The notes beneath the pieces were generated by a model that was given only the letters and a program-made list of their open reading frames with translations, ran no database searches and was not told where the DNA came from. Below are positions 1 to 9,752 of a stretch of 34,370 nt of DNA, piece by piece. This stretch comes from a virus (lineage: Duplodnaviria; Caudoviricetes). Numbering within the stretch: position 1 is the stretch's first letter; every line of letters starts with the position of its first letter. The position numbers were made by a program, and so were the translations under genes. The stretch is taken from positions 1 through 34,370 of the IMG/VR virus record IMGVR_UViG_3300028128_000191; one strand, given 5' to 3'.

Positions 1-728
1 TTACCTTTGTATCCGAAAATATTATACTGATCACCGGTAATATTGCACTTAGTTAAATAGCTAAGAAATCCATGTAGCTCTACTCCCGTATGAGTAGGAC
101 CTGTCAAACAGCCCCCGCGTAGACAACAGGTAGGCATATCAAAATATCTTCCATATTCTTGAACAGCGATATCTGCAGCAACCTTTGATGATCCGAAGAG
201 TGAATGTGTACATTGGTCAATTGAAAGTGTTTCCGGGATTCCGTTTATATATGTATTATCATCATATTCATATCTAGATTCTAGCTCTTTGAGTTTAATA
301 TTGTTTGGTTTATCCCCATAAACTTTGTTTGTCGACATATGAATAAATGGTGAGTCTTTACAAAATCTACGAGTAGCTTCCAGTAGATTGAAAGTACCGA
401 CTGCATTGACATCAAAATCTTCAAAAGGGATAGACGCTGCCTTGTCATGAGAGGGTTGAGCAGCAGTATGTACAATTATATCCGGGCGTAACTGCTCTAC
501 ACATTGTAAAATAGCTTCACGGTCACATATATTAATTTCATGATGTGTAAAATTTTTTAATTCTCTTGACAACCGCGCTTGGTTCCATCTAGTATCTCCA
601 TCCGGTCCGAAAAAAACTGCGCGATGATTGTTATCCAATCCATTAACTGATAAATTATGATTCGCGAAATATTGACAGACTTCAGACCCGATGAGACCAG
701 ACGACCCGGTAACTAAAATATTTTTCAT
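1..728 (-). CDS. NAD-dependent NDP-sugar epimerase/dehydratase, CDP-paratose 2-epimerase-like (3' end runs off window)
   Basis: Not in ORF track; translated by hand from ATG at 728: [16 protein letters not shown] (GxxGxxG Rossmann), [31 protein letters not shown] overlap with upstream stop. Confidence 0.9.
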   Translation of the reverse strand, partial: MKNILVTGSSGLIGSEVCQYFANHNLSVNGLDNNHRAVFFGPDGDTRWNQARLSRELKNFTHHEINICDREAILQCVEQLRPDIIVHTAAQPSHDKAASIPFEDFDVNAVGTFNLLEATRRFCKDSPFIHMSTNKVYGDKPNNIKLKELESRYEYDDNTYINGIPETLSIDQCTHSLFGSSKVAADIAVQEYGRYFDMPTCCLRGGCLTGPTHTGVELHGFLSYLTKCNITGDQYNIFGYKG

Positions 729-1252
729 TGTATGGCTGCGACTAAAATATCTTTCTCGTGCGTCAAACCATCTATAAATGTAAAAGTATAGTCAGAATTT
801 ATTTCTTTGAGTGAGGATATCACATCTTCAGTGTCCCAATCATGATTCTCTGTCTTTTCTTTCCAACACCTCATGTCATCTATAAGTATTGTATGTGTCT
901 TTATTTTATGCTTATTAATTGCAGCTAACTCAACCAAAAGAGGTGACCAATATTCTCCGAGGGCTGTATCTCCACATGAGTGGTGACCATCTAACCAGAA
1001 CGTTATCCTTTCATCGATGTCTTCAATTACATCTGATAAAACTTTTGCTGAATCACCTTTAATTATCTCAACATTTTCAAATAATTTAAACTTATCGACA
1101 CACATGTTAAAATATTTGTCTGATAATTCAATCGATTTAATATATTTGAATCCTGATTGAATGGCTTGGTTGATTCCGTCACCCATGTAACAACCTGTCT
1201 CGATAAAGTATGTATTTAAGTACTTGTTGAATGTGCTATTCCCTGCCGGCAT
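725..1252 (-). CDS. Class I SAM-dependent methyltransferase-like protein
   Basis: [11 protein letters not shown] motif-I-like, SIELS acidic strand, GDS, FWLDGH; glycan-cluster context. Confidence 0.6.
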   Translation of the reverse strand: MPAGNSTFNKYLNTYFIETGCYMGDGINQAIQSGFKYIKSIELSDKYFNMCVDKFKLFENVEIIKGDSAKVLSDVIEDIDERITFWLDGHHSCGDTALGEYWSPLLVELAAINKHKIKTHTILIDDMRCWKEKTENHDWDTEDVISSLKEINSDYTFTFIDGLTHEKDILVAAIQ

Positions 1253-1312
1253 AACAATATATATAATATGCTATATGTAAAGCAATAGGCCAACAGTATT
1301 GAAATCATAATC

Positions 1313-1537
1313 TTACAACTCGCGTATTTCTCGGTGATTTTTATTCAGAGCAACTAGCTTGGGTGTATAGTTACTTTTAGTACCCTCAATATGACAATAA
1401 CTTGGATCTAAAATCTTCGTAGGTGGTGTATCGATAAAATAACGGTTCATATGACTTTCATCAGCCGAAGTGATTAAGTTGTCTAGAAATCTAGAATACT
1501 TGTTTGTGACAATAATTAGCAGACCTATCTTGCTCAT
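1313..1537 (-). pseudogene. Internally deleted GT6 (ABO-type glycosyltransferase) remnant, in frame
   Basis: GT6-like N-terminus (KIGLLIIVTNKY) fused directly to GT6-like C-terminus (DESHMNRYFIDTPPTKILDPSYC); central catalytic core absent; only 74 aa. Confidence 0.75.
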
Positions 1538-2373
1538 ATTCTTACCCAGTTCGGTGGTATCAAGTCATTAGTATCTATCGATGGATCTTGAAACCACTTC
1601 TGTGGTGCTACAACATGTTGATCAGGATTGTCACTCAACCAAGCCGCCCACCATGCAAATGTACTGTTTGGTATGATATGGTGTTTACATCTTTTCATTA
1701 ACTGGAGATAATATTCAAACTGATCCCCGGCATATTTATGATCTACAAAAATACAATTCTCTAGTTTAATATTTTTTTTACACCAACACATATCATCTGA
1801 AAATACAAAAAACCGAAGCTTGCTCAACGAAGATTTTAATATTTCGATCGCGTAGTCTACATAATCTACACTCATGACACCGTGAAAATTATTATTAAGA
1901 TAATCGGTACGTCGTATGTTAATCATCACAGACTCACACGAATCGATATTATTTACCATTTCTTTGAATATACCTTTCTTGTTTTCAATCCTACTTTTAT
2001 GTTTGAATAATCCCCGGATTGATTCAGCATGCTCGTGAAAATATTTAGGTGTTTGCCAATAACCTTCAAACATGATATTTTCTTCTGGATTGGTTGTCAA
2101 TAGCTGTTTTGCGCGATGGTAAGGTTGATTACTATAGTGAAAATGAGGTTCTCTAATAGTAGTACAATTATCACCTGATTGCCACCGCGAGTCATCTACA
2201 GACAGTAAATCTAACTCATAGTCACGATAAACAAATTCCGATCCTTTGTTTTTATTGTCAAGAAAGCTTGTGTCTATTTGTAAGAGCAAGTCGTTCTTTA
2301 TAGCGTAATTTTTCGCCATGGCGTACTGAAACATTTGATTTCCAAGACCGCCCATCAGCTTAGTGATGATCAT
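1534..2373 (-). CDS. Alpha-1,2-fucosyltransferase (GT11)
   Basis: GGLGNQMFQYA, EGYWQ, NIRRTDY, FSDD, NSTFAWWAAWL. Start moved to ATG 2373, which lies 5 nt from a TAAATA box. Confidence 0.92.
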   Translation of the reverse strand: MIITKLMGGLGNQMFQYAMAKNYAIKNDLLLQIDTSFLDNKNKGSEFVYRDYELDLLSVDDSRWQSGDNCTTIREPHFHYSNQPYHRAKQLLTTNPEENIMFEGYWQTPKYFHEHAESIRGLFKHKSRIENKKGIFKEMVNNIDSCESVMINIRRTDYLNNNFHGVMSVDYVDYAIEILKSSLSKLRFFVFSDDMCWCKKNIKLENCIFVDHKYAGDQFEYYLQLMKRCKHHIIPNSTFAWWAAWLSDNPDQHVVAPQKWFQDPSIDTNDLIPPNWVRI

Positions 2374-2378
2374 GCTTT

Positions 2379-2384
2379 TATTTA
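2379..2384 (-). promoter_or_regulatory. gp55-type late promoter TAAATA, 5 nt before ATG 2373
   Basis: Minus strand TTAAATA-aaagc-ATG, overlapping the upstream TAA stop. Confidence 0.6.
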
Positions 2385-3017
2385 ACAATCATATGAGACT
2401 TTTCTACGCTCTATATCACTATAATCATTTAATTGTTTTCCACATCTATCAATCACAACCCACTCATTATCTTCTGTCTGTAATGATTTCCACGCTTGAT
2501 CAATTGCGTTAGGTCGCGAATGCCCACCATTCTCCAAGTTATCAACACCACGCGAAACAACATGATGTAATTCGTGTATCAACCGTCTCGTAATTAAATA
2601 ACAACTAGTTGTTTGTATATTACTACATCGGAATAGTACGTTATCCTTTACATTTATGAGTTCATGCCCGTCTGTGTTGTATGCTATATTACATACACTG
2701 AACTCTGGTAAATTATCAATTAACACCTTCAATCTACTTTGAAATGTGTCTCTTGAAACAGTTGGTGTAAAGTCATCCTCTACGATCAGAACCATGTTAT
2801 GATCTGATTGCATGAACAGTTCATATGCATGGAGATGACTCTTAGCACAACCAATAGCTCTCTTATGTCTGCATTTTTCATGAGTCATGTCAATACCACT
2901 GACACGAGTGTATCTGTCACCACAATTAAAAAACGGAATCACGTTGCTCAAAACATGTTCATTTCTGTCAGGTCTCTTATCAAGGTTAATATAATATATG
3001 TGATCTATCTTATTCAT
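2382..3017 (-). CDS. Glycosyltransferase family 25
   Basis: YYINLDKRPDR, IGCAKSH, IVEDD, TTSCYLI, AIDQAW. Confidence 0.88.
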   Translation of the reverse strand: MNKIDHIYYINLDKRPDRNEHVLSNVIPFFNCGDRYTRVSGIDMTHEKCRHKRAIGCAKSHLHAYELFMQSDHNMVLIVEDDFTPTVSRDTFQSRLKVLIDNLPEFSVCNIAYNTDGHELINVKDNVLFRCSNIQTTSCYLITRRLIHELHHVVSRGVDNLENGGHSRPNAIDQAWKSLQTEDNEWVVIDRCGKQLNDYSDIERRKVSYDC

Positions 3018-3642
3018 TCATCAAAATTTTACACCGTTCAATCATCTCACCGTGAAACTTGTAATGATTAGACTGTCTCCACATGGCGTTCATGTCATGT
3101 GTTGAGTTGTCAATCGTATCTAGATCAGTGACATGTTTTTCATAAGTGTTCATATTTGTTATTAACAGGTCACTTTCTCTATACAAAAGAAAATCTTCAT
3201 TAAATTTATCAATATATTTATCGATTGTAACTGAGATACAAGCTTTATTAATAATACTACCAAAACCTACGAACCTCATTGCAGGTTTATTTATTTTATG
3301 AGACGGGGCACAATACGAGACGATGTCACATTCAGACTCAATATACAATTGATACAATTTATTTAAATCCCCTGGTTTGAAATCATCATCTTGTACATAA
3401 ACGTGATCATGTTTACATTTGCTAGCAGCTAACCATCTACCATAACACATTATATTGCTATCAGAGTTAATTATGCTCACCTTATTGTTATAAGGTAGGA
3501 GCTTCTGTAGATTTGTATCGACATCGTTGTTCCAAATAACAATATCATCAATTAACTCATGCGTGATACCCCAATTGACAATGTGCTTGATACCATTCAT
3601 ACGCTTCCATGACAATATAACGAATGAGATTGACGGTTTCAT
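3010..3642 (-). CDS. GT-A glycosyltransferase, GT64 (EXTL2)-like
   Basis: VILSWKR, IVIWNN, NIMCYGR, VQDDD, SDLLITN and AMWRQSNH resemble the EXTL2/GT64 motif order as recalled. Confidence 0.6.
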   Translation of the reverse strand: MKPSISFVILSWKRMNGIKHIVNWGITHELIDDIVIWNNDVDTNLQKLLPYNNKVSIINSDSNIMCYGRWLAASKCKHDHVYVQDDDFKPGDLNKLYQLYIESECDIVSYCAPSHKINKPAMRFVGFGSIINKACISVTIDKYIDKFNEDFLLYRESDLLITNMNTYEKHVTDLDTIDNSTHDMNAMWRQSNHYKFHGEMIERCKILMNE

Positions 3643-3693
3643 ATAAATTAATACATACTTACAATATATTCTAACGAATGTCTACGATTAAAT

Positions 3694-4602
3694 CTAAAAA
3701 TTACAATTTGTAAAGTTATTTCTAAAAAAGCTGTATAGTGAGGTACAATTATGTCTCATGATATCAATTTGCTCACATGAGTAAGAGCTTAATATTTCCG
3801 GTAGTTTGTATACATCCGACTCTTTTACATGTATGATAGATTGTTCCCAAAGTTCATGTTTGGGTAACTCAAGAGTGTCTGACAACAAAACTGGTATTGA
3901 TCCAGCCGCTAAACTCTCCCACAATCGTATGCTGTTAGGCCCGCTGCCGCTGGGACACAGACTGTATTTGGATCTCAACAACAATTGATTGTACTGTGAG
4001 GTGGATGATTGTTCATGTGAGTTCATGACTGTTGTGTCATCAGATTGTAAACCACCACCATACACGGCTCTCTCAAAATGCCATCCTCCGGTGTTTGTCA
4101 CAACACAATCTGATGGATGTTGCATGGTGAGTATACGCTCCCTAACATCGGACATGTAGTGTTGCTTCACGTATGCCCCTTGAAAACTGTAGAGTATGTC
4201 GCGTGTTGTATTGTGTACATCAACACCAATAAAATCATGATTACGTGTGTGGTCTTCTATGTTGACTGCATACAAAGGACATGGGGACACCCGAACATCG
4301 TGCATGACGTCTTGACCGAGCTGTTTGTGACATGCATACACATGATTGATGTTCAGATGCCTGAACAGATCCAACAACAAGCTGAATTGTATGTGCTGAC
4401 AGCAAGTGTAAAGATCCCGCTTACCGAGTGTCTTTGTGTGTAACATGTCATACACATCTTTCAACTTGAGACCAGATCTTTGCACTCTATCAATCACAGT
4501 GGCCCAAGGAAACCCAAAATATTGCTCATGATGTTTGTTTTGGTTGTAAAACATCTTTTCGGTGATTACCGGGTGTTGCCAAAATATTTCAAGTTCGTTC
4601 AT
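3694..4602 (-). CDS. Exostosin-family glycosyltransferase (GT47)
   Basis: RDILYSFQG and SKYSLCPSGSGPNSIRLWESLAAGSIPVLLSD..LP signature. Confidence 0.88.
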   Translation of the reverse strand: MNELEIFWQHPVITEKMFYNQNKHHEQYFGFPWATVIDRVQRSGLKLKDVYDMLHTKTLGKRDLYTCCQHIQFSLLLDLFRHLNINHVYACHKQLGQDVMHDVRVSPCPLYAVNIEDHTRNHDFIGVDVHNTTRDILYSFQGAYVKQHYMSDVRERILTMQHPSDCVVTNTGGWHFERAVYGGGLQSDDTTVMNSHEQSSTSQYNQLLLRSKYSLCPSGSGPNSIRLWESLAAGSIPVLLSDTLELPKHELWEQSIIHVKESDVYKLPEILSSYSCEQIDIMRHNCTSLYSFFRNNFTNCNF

Positions 4603-5162
4603 TCTCCGAATTTGTAACCGAACAACGCTATGTCTTTTGCATATTTTTCCGCAACGATTTGTTTTGTTTCGTCATCGTAGTATTCAGTGTAGTGTTTGTG
4701 TTTTGATTTGTTTTTGTGTGGAAGTTCTTGTCGTGGAATTCCAATTTTGTAGCAGATTATGTTAAAGTCTTGTTGAAAATTTTCAAGTCTTCCTATAAAA
4801 TCTACTAACAAATTACCGTCTTTGTCAGAAATCCAATCATAACATGAATTTGTATTTAATGTAGTTTGACCTGGCATTCTTCTTAACCAGTTTTTTACAA
4901 ACATCTTAAATGGAATTGTCTCATCAAACGGGTAATAATCCCACCCTCTTTTTATTTGGTAGTGATAAAAAGATACAACACGATCCCACGGATTTCTAAC
5001 AAAAGTAAACTTAAAATAATTATTGAAATCAGTCGGATTTGATTTTTTGTATTCAAATGCTTTGAAATGCCCTTGAAACTCTCCAGTAAACAATTCATCA
5101 ATTGTAGTACCACCGCACTTGTTAATGTGTATGAAAATACATTTATGCTTATGACTTATCAT
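4599..5162 (-). CDS. Carbohydrate sulfotransferase (Sulfotransfer_2 family)
   Basis: 5'-PSB FIHINKCGGTTI, 3'-PB FVRNPWDRVVSFY, FIGRLEN. Confidence 0.9.
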   Translation of the reverse strand: MISHKHKCIFIHINKCGGTTIDELFTGEFQGHFKAFEYKKSNPTDFNNYFKFTFVRNPWDRVVSFYHYQIKRGWDYYPFDETIPFKMFVKNWLRRMPGQTTLNTNSCYDWISDKDGNLLVDFIGRLENFQQDFNIICYKIGIPRQELPHKNKSKHKHYTEYYDDETKQIVAEKYAKDIALFGYKFGE

Positions 5163-5165
5163 ATT

Positions 5166-5804
5166 TTATTCTCCAAATTTATATCCAAAATACTCGATGT
5201 CCTTTGCGTATTTTTCCGCAACAATTTGCTTTGTTTCTTCATCGTAGTATTCGGTGTAGTATTTATGCTTGCTTTTGTTTACGTGTGGAAGTTTTTGTTG
5301 AGGTAGTCCTATATCTTTACATATGTTATCAAAGTCATTTTGTAAGTTTTCAAACCTACCAACATAATTACAATTTGTTGTGTATTCGTGTTGTGGCCAG
5401 TTGTGTTCTTCCCATGGGTACATTTTACCGGCAAACTGTGTGGTGGTCAAGCTCGATTTAAAATCAAGTTTGTATCCTGGATAAACTTTACTGAAATACT
5501 TCCACTCACTAACCGTTCGATCCCATGGGTTTCTAACTATTGTAAATTTGTAATAACTGAGAGCCTCGCGAGGATAATATTTTAAATATTGAGTATAGTT
5601 GTAATGCCATTGCATGTGTCGATGATCATGATGATTCATACGGAATTTATCCTTAATGTGTTGTTGTAAGTTGTCGATCCAGTTATCTTTGATTAGAGTT
5701 TGAACGGGCACATCCTCTTCGTTTGAAATCAACGCTTGCTCTATAGAACTACCACCTGTTTTGGTTACATGCAGGAAAATGTATCTAAACTTGTCACTTA
5801 TCAT
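5166..5804 (-). CDS. Carbohydrate sulfotransferase (Sulfotransfer_2 family), paralogue
   Basis: FLHVTKTGGSSI, IVRNPWDRTVSEW, YVGRFEN. Start moved to ATG 5804 (ATGA overlap; aligns with the paralogue N-terminus). Confidence 0.9.
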   Translation of the reverse strand: MISDKFRYIFLHVTKTGGSSIEQALISNEEDVPVQTLIKDNWIDNLQQHIKDKFRMNHHDHRHMQWHYNYTQYLKYYPREALSYYKFTIVRNPWDRTVSEWKYFSKVYPGYKLDFKSSLTTTQFAGKMYPWEEHNWPQHEYTTNCNYVGRFENLQNDFDNICKDIGLPQQKLPHVNKSKHKYYTEYYDEETKQIVAEKYAKDIEYFGYKFGE

Positions 5805-6508
5805 GCTGGTAAAACTCCCCATGTATCCACGTCATTGACAATCTCTCCGCGTTGTATCTTTTGTAAGGAGTGTTGTTCGTTCTTTTTGTTAGATTGTGAC
5901 TCAACATCTGTTATATGTCTGCAACCATCACTGACACTCAACCACTCTTCTGTGAATATATGTCTGTTCACATCGAAATAGATTTCAAATCTATCAATGT
6001 AGTCTATGTCTTCATATCCCCAACCTGTCATGCGTTCATCGAATCCGCGCAACTCAATAAATGAATCCCTACGACAAGCTATTCTCCCAGCCACACCCTT
6101 CATTATTGGGCTGTCGTGATGCACCGGTCCAGCCACCACCGGATTTTCATAACGATTAAAAATGGTCAACAGCTCGATCAAGAATTGCGGTTGTATAAAA
6201 TTATCAGCATCCAGATTACAAACCACATCTCCAGTTGAATTCTTCATGGTTATATTTTTTGTGACGGCCTGTGAAAAACGTTCTGGTTTGCGTGTAACAA
6301 TATAATTAACAACTCCAGAGTTGATGTGTTGCTTGAGATGTGTCTCAACCCAGTCATGCATACCATCTCCGGAGTTCCAATTGAGCAGTGTGAATGTACA
6401 TTTAGGTACAATCTTGAGTGTCAGCTCAATATTAGGTAAATAGGTTTTCTTCAGATCATGCAATCTGCCCATACATGAAGTGCAAAACGAGTATCTATAA
6501 TTATTCAT
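5801..6508 (-). CDS. GT2/GT7C-type glycosyltransferase
   Basis: CTSCMGR, NLDADN (DxD), GFDERMTGWGYEDID. Confidence 0.85.
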   Translation of the reverse strand: MNNYRYSFCTSCMGRLHDLKKTYLPNIELTLKIVPKCTFTLLNWNSGDGMHDWVETHLKQHINSGVVNYIVTRKPERFSQAVTKNITMKNSTGDVVCNLDADNFIQPQFLIELLTIFNRYENPVVAGPVHHDSPIMKGVAGRIACRRDSFIELRGFDERMTGWGYEDIDYIDRFEIYFDVNRHIFTEEWLSVSDGCRHITDVESQSNKKNEQHSLQKIQRGEIVNDVDTWGVLPA

Positions 6509-7209
6509 GAATCTTCAAAATTGACAGATTTCCTCCCCTTCCAGTTGATTTGAGTTTCACCAATATGTATCACAAAATCGGTATCCTGATTTGACAGCAA
6601 TTTGACTGCAGGACTGTCCTGGTACCAGCGATCTTGTGTTGAGAAGTATTTTATAAAACGTAAATCAGAATTGTCAGCATCGTTGTATTCATCATACCTG
6701 TATTTATTGATTGTATATCGGAAAATTTGGCAATATCCAATGGCTATAGGCCACCCACAAGTTTCTAACGTTCCACCGTCCTGGAGACAAGTGCTGTCAT
6801 GTTCATCGAAATATTTTTTATACGATTCAAAAGTGTGTAGATGTTTTCTATACATACTGTAAAGTATGTTCCTGAGAGGGATCTGCTTCAATATCAACTC
6901 TGTGATGTTGTCTGGAAATATTATATCAGCATCGGTTATCACAACCCACTGTGACCATCCAATGCTGTCTAGATATTCGAAACCTTTGTTCAACAACGCA
7001 CCTTTGTTGAACACTCTGTTGTTGGTCTTGAGCACATCATCACTCACAACAACACATACAACATTACTATACCTGGAGCATATCTGTTGACATTTTGTAT
7101 CACTTGTTGTCGTGACAACAACAAACTTCTGAAAATGTTTATTGTTATGTGACAATGATATCTCAAGATAATCATTGTAATTGACAGAAACTAACAGCGC
7201 GGCAATCAT
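6505..7209 (-). CDS. Putative GT-A glycosyltransferase
   Basis: VSVNYNDYL, FNKGALLN, ITDADII (DxD), GYCQIF, late HIG. Confidence 0.7.
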   Translation of the reverse strand: MIAALLVSVNYNDYLEISLSHNNKHFQKFVVVTTTSDTKCQQICSRYSNVVCVVVSDDVLKTNNRVFNKGALLNKGFEYLDSIGWSQWVVITDADIIFPDNITELILKQIPLRNILYSMYRKHLHTFESYKKYFDEHDSTCLQDGGTLETCGWPIAIGYCQIFRYTINKYRYDEYNDADNSDLRFIKYFSTQDRWYQDSPAVKLLSNQDTDFVIHIGETQINWKGRKSVNFEDS

Positions 7210-8213
7210 CTCTGTTTACCTTGTCTTGTGTTCCAGATTTTTGTAATATCGAACCCTATCGCCATATCTAGTGTTTTTGTGACATTTTCTACCAACAATT
7301 TACTCTTCTGTTCATCCCAATCAATATCATTATGATGCACCTCATACCAGTCTTCCAGCAAGTGTTGTGTTATGTCACTCCACTCATTCACTATGATCAT
7401 GGGAAACTTGTATATTTCGAGCAACTCACGATGCACATAATGCTCGATAACCACCGGTACAGTCTCACACAAAATACACTCGAACAGTTTGGGTGTTTGT
7501 AACCCACACCCGATTGGAGATGCAAAAAATTTGAATTCGGATAGAGTTTTATAAAAATCCACCGGTTCGCTTGACGCATTCTGTATCAAATCATCCGAAG
7601 ACATTAAATTCATCAGGTCCGCGCGTTCCTGTAAATTGCCCAGAATCTCTGGAGTCCATCTACTATAAAAACTACTACCAATTAATTTGGTTTTGTGTTT
7701 TGGGTTGTTGACAACATCAAGTACATCATCGCCACCACACCTCAATAAATAAGCGGATGTAATCCCCATCGGTGCTGTTGTAATCCATCCGCACTTGGTA
7801 TCCTTGGCCTCATAAAATATATGCTTGAACATATGTTGATAATGCTCCAACACACCTAACGTGCTGCTCAATTGATGGTCTTTGCCCGCGCAAACTAAAT
7901 AATCAAATTCAAGTTGATGTATAAATTTCAAACGTTGAATCTTCTGAAAAATCTCATGCGAGATGCATTCTGGATTGATTAGAACACCAGGTATACAACC
8001 ATCATGGTTGTATCGTATCTCATTATCGATGTGACCATTTACCCACAGCTTGAATTTATTAAAAACCAATGGAGGTTCCGTCACTAAATGTAGTTTGTTC
8101 ATGGAACCATCCGGGTAGTTCCAGGCAGTTAATGATTCTGATTCTGTAGTAACACATGAATGGAAACCTGGATTGTACCGATAATTCAAAATCTCAGATA
8201 TGTCATGTATCAT
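7206..8213 (-). CDS. Exostosin/GT47-like glycosyltransferase (divergent)
   Basis: FKFFASPIGCGLQTPKLFECILCETVPVV resembles the GT47 C-terminal motif. Confidence 0.6.
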   Translation of the reverse strand: MIHDISEILNYRYNPGFHSCVTTESESLTAWNYPDGSMNKLHLVTEPPLVFNKFKLWVNGHIDNEIRYNHDGCIPGVLINPECISHEIFQKIQRLKFIHQLEFDYLVCAGKDHQLSSTLGVLEHYQHMFKHIFYEAKDTKCGWITTAPMGITSAYLLRCGGDDVLDVVNNPKHKTKLIGSSFYSRWTPEILGNLQERADLMNLMSSDDLIQNASSEPVDFYKTLSEFKFFASPIGCGLQTPKLFECILCETVPVVIEHYVHRELLEIYKFPMIIVNEWSDITQHLLEDWYEVHHNDIDWDEQKSKLLVENVTKTLDMAIGFDITKIWNTRQGKQR

Positions 8214-8217
8214 AACA

Positions 8218-8958
8218 TTATTTAAGCAAACTCACACCAGTTTTATATTCACCCTCCACTGGTGTCCAGTTTTTAACACCACCTGTATCTGGTCGTTTGA
8301 GCAGCGTACCAAACACAAAATCCCACCATTTGTTAAAATTTCTCACACCATACACTTGCTGTTCGTTGTGTGTTTTCGCGAAATCACTAATATCTTCCCA
8401 TACGCGTTCATGATGCACATGGTACAAACACGCCGGGTGACCGTTGATCATGTTACAAACACTGTGTCTCATGCACAACACAAAGTAAACTGTGTCCCAA
8501 TAGGGTCGACCTAAGAACATGTCTGGAAACAAATCTCGGTTCAAATTCCACCAACGTGATGTGACACCAAACAAGTCAAACCCATGCACACAATATTCTA
8601 TCGGCTTGTAATTACCATCAATCAACTCTATATCAACGCGAGATCCCATGTATGTATCAAATTTATCATCCAGGTGATCGATCAGATGTTGCTTGACAAT
8701 TATATCGCTGTTGACAAACAACACTGTGGTGTCTGCTGATGTGTTGTCAACAACAGTGTTCATTATCTGATTCACAAAGGGAAAACGAGTGTGGTGTTCT
8801 AGATGTAGAGTTTCAAATCCGTCAATATGAGTCTCAGAGTTGTTCACATTGTACAATTCCACTCCTTGGAGCTCACGTAGACTCTTCAGACACAACAACT
8901 CACGCTCATTACATTCGCTTTCAGATCGATAGCCATTTATTGCTAGTGCGATATTCAT
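8218..8958 (-). CDS. Putative nucleotide-diphospho-sugar transferase (GT-A-like)
   Basis: FVNSDII (NxD), GFDLFG, LGRPYWD, YHVHH; glycan-cluster context. Confidence 0.55.
   Translation of the reverse strand: MNIALAINGYRSESECNERELLCLKSLRELQGVELYNVNNSETHIDGFETLHLEHHTRFPFVNQIMNTVVDNTSADTTVLFVNSDIIVKQHLIDHLDDKFDTYMGSRVDIELIDGNYKPIEYCVHGFDLFGVTSRWWNLNRDLFPDMFLGRPYWDTVYFVLCMRHSVCNMINGHPACLYHVHHERVWEDISDFAKTHNEQQVYGVRNFNKWWDFVFGTLLKRPDTGGVKNWTPVEGEYKTGVSLLK
8219..8224 (-). promoter_or_regulatory. gp55-type late promoter TAAATA, 5 nt before ATG 8213
   Basis: Minus strand TTAAATA-atgtt-ATG. Confidence 0.6.
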
Positions 8959-9746
8959 GGCTTCACTTGCTTGAGAAATTGTAAAACTTGTTGTTTGTCT
9001 GCTTGAACCTCATTCGGATCACATACATTTAAATTGTGTTTGTTGTAAAACAATTCAACACCACGTAAAAATCGTTTCTCCCACCCTTCGGTGTTGCGTA
9101 TTTTGCTCTCTTCATGACCATGATCTTGCTCGGCCAGCAACAGATCGCTCTGATACACATCAGCAAACCATCTGAACGGAGGATGATAATTGTTCTTGAT
9201 TGCCACCATGGTATGATCCACGTGTTCCATAGCATTAAAATACCTCTTGTCCATGTAACCTATATCGTCTATCACATCTCTATGATAGTATGATAGAGCA
9301 CCATACACATTGTGATACAGGCTCATTTTAACATGCTTGTAATCAACAATCAATTTAGGGTTGGGTTTACCATTGATCTTGTTGTCTTCTCCATGCAAAC
9401 AAAAATTCAAATGCTTCACACCTGAAACACTGGAGAGTTCTACGTATTTGGATAGTGCATCATTAGAAACAAATCTAACATCATCCTCCATCAGAAACAG
9501 ATGATCACAACCTTGATCCATCATGTGTTTAATCGCGCGATTCTTGCTTTTACCCACGCCTTGGTTCTTTTTGTTGTGCAACACAGTGGCAAGATCACAA
9601 CTAACACTTTGTTTACCATCATTCACCACAACAAGAGTGTCTATCACATCACCATGTGTTTCATGTATAGATTCAATGGATTGTTGAAAAAAATCCACGC
9701 GATCGCATGTGAGCAAACCGACTCCTACTTTACCATCAAGTAACAT
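8955..9746 (-). CDS. Glycosyltransferase family 2
   Basis: GLLTCDR, VVNDG, GVGKSKN, LMEDD, GYMD..EHVD. Start moved to ATG 9746, which avoids overlap with phoH and sits 6 nt from a -10 box. Confidence 0.88.
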   Translation of the reverse strand: MLLDGKVGVGLLTCDRVDFFQQSIESIHETHGDVIDTLVVVNDGKQSVSCDLATVLHNKKNQGVGKSKNRAIKHMMDQGCDHLFLMEDDVRFVSNDALSKYVELSSVSGVKHLNFCLHGEDNKINGKPNPKLIVDYKHVKMSLYHNVYGALSYYHRDVIDDIGYMDKRYFNAMEHVDHTMVAIKNNYHPPFRWFADVYQSDLLLAEQDHGHEESKIRNTEGWEKRFLRGVELFYNKHNLNVCDPNEVQADKQQVLQFLKQVKP

Positions 9747-9752
9747 GTATAT

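Noticed and set aside
281-475. 64-aa ORF in the track
   Set aside because: Out-of-frame shadow inside the epimerase gene (1-728), which the track missed because it runs off the window
1258-1263. TATATA 5 nt before ATG 1252 as a variant late promoter
   Set aside because: It lies in a simple AT run, so a chance match is too likely to call
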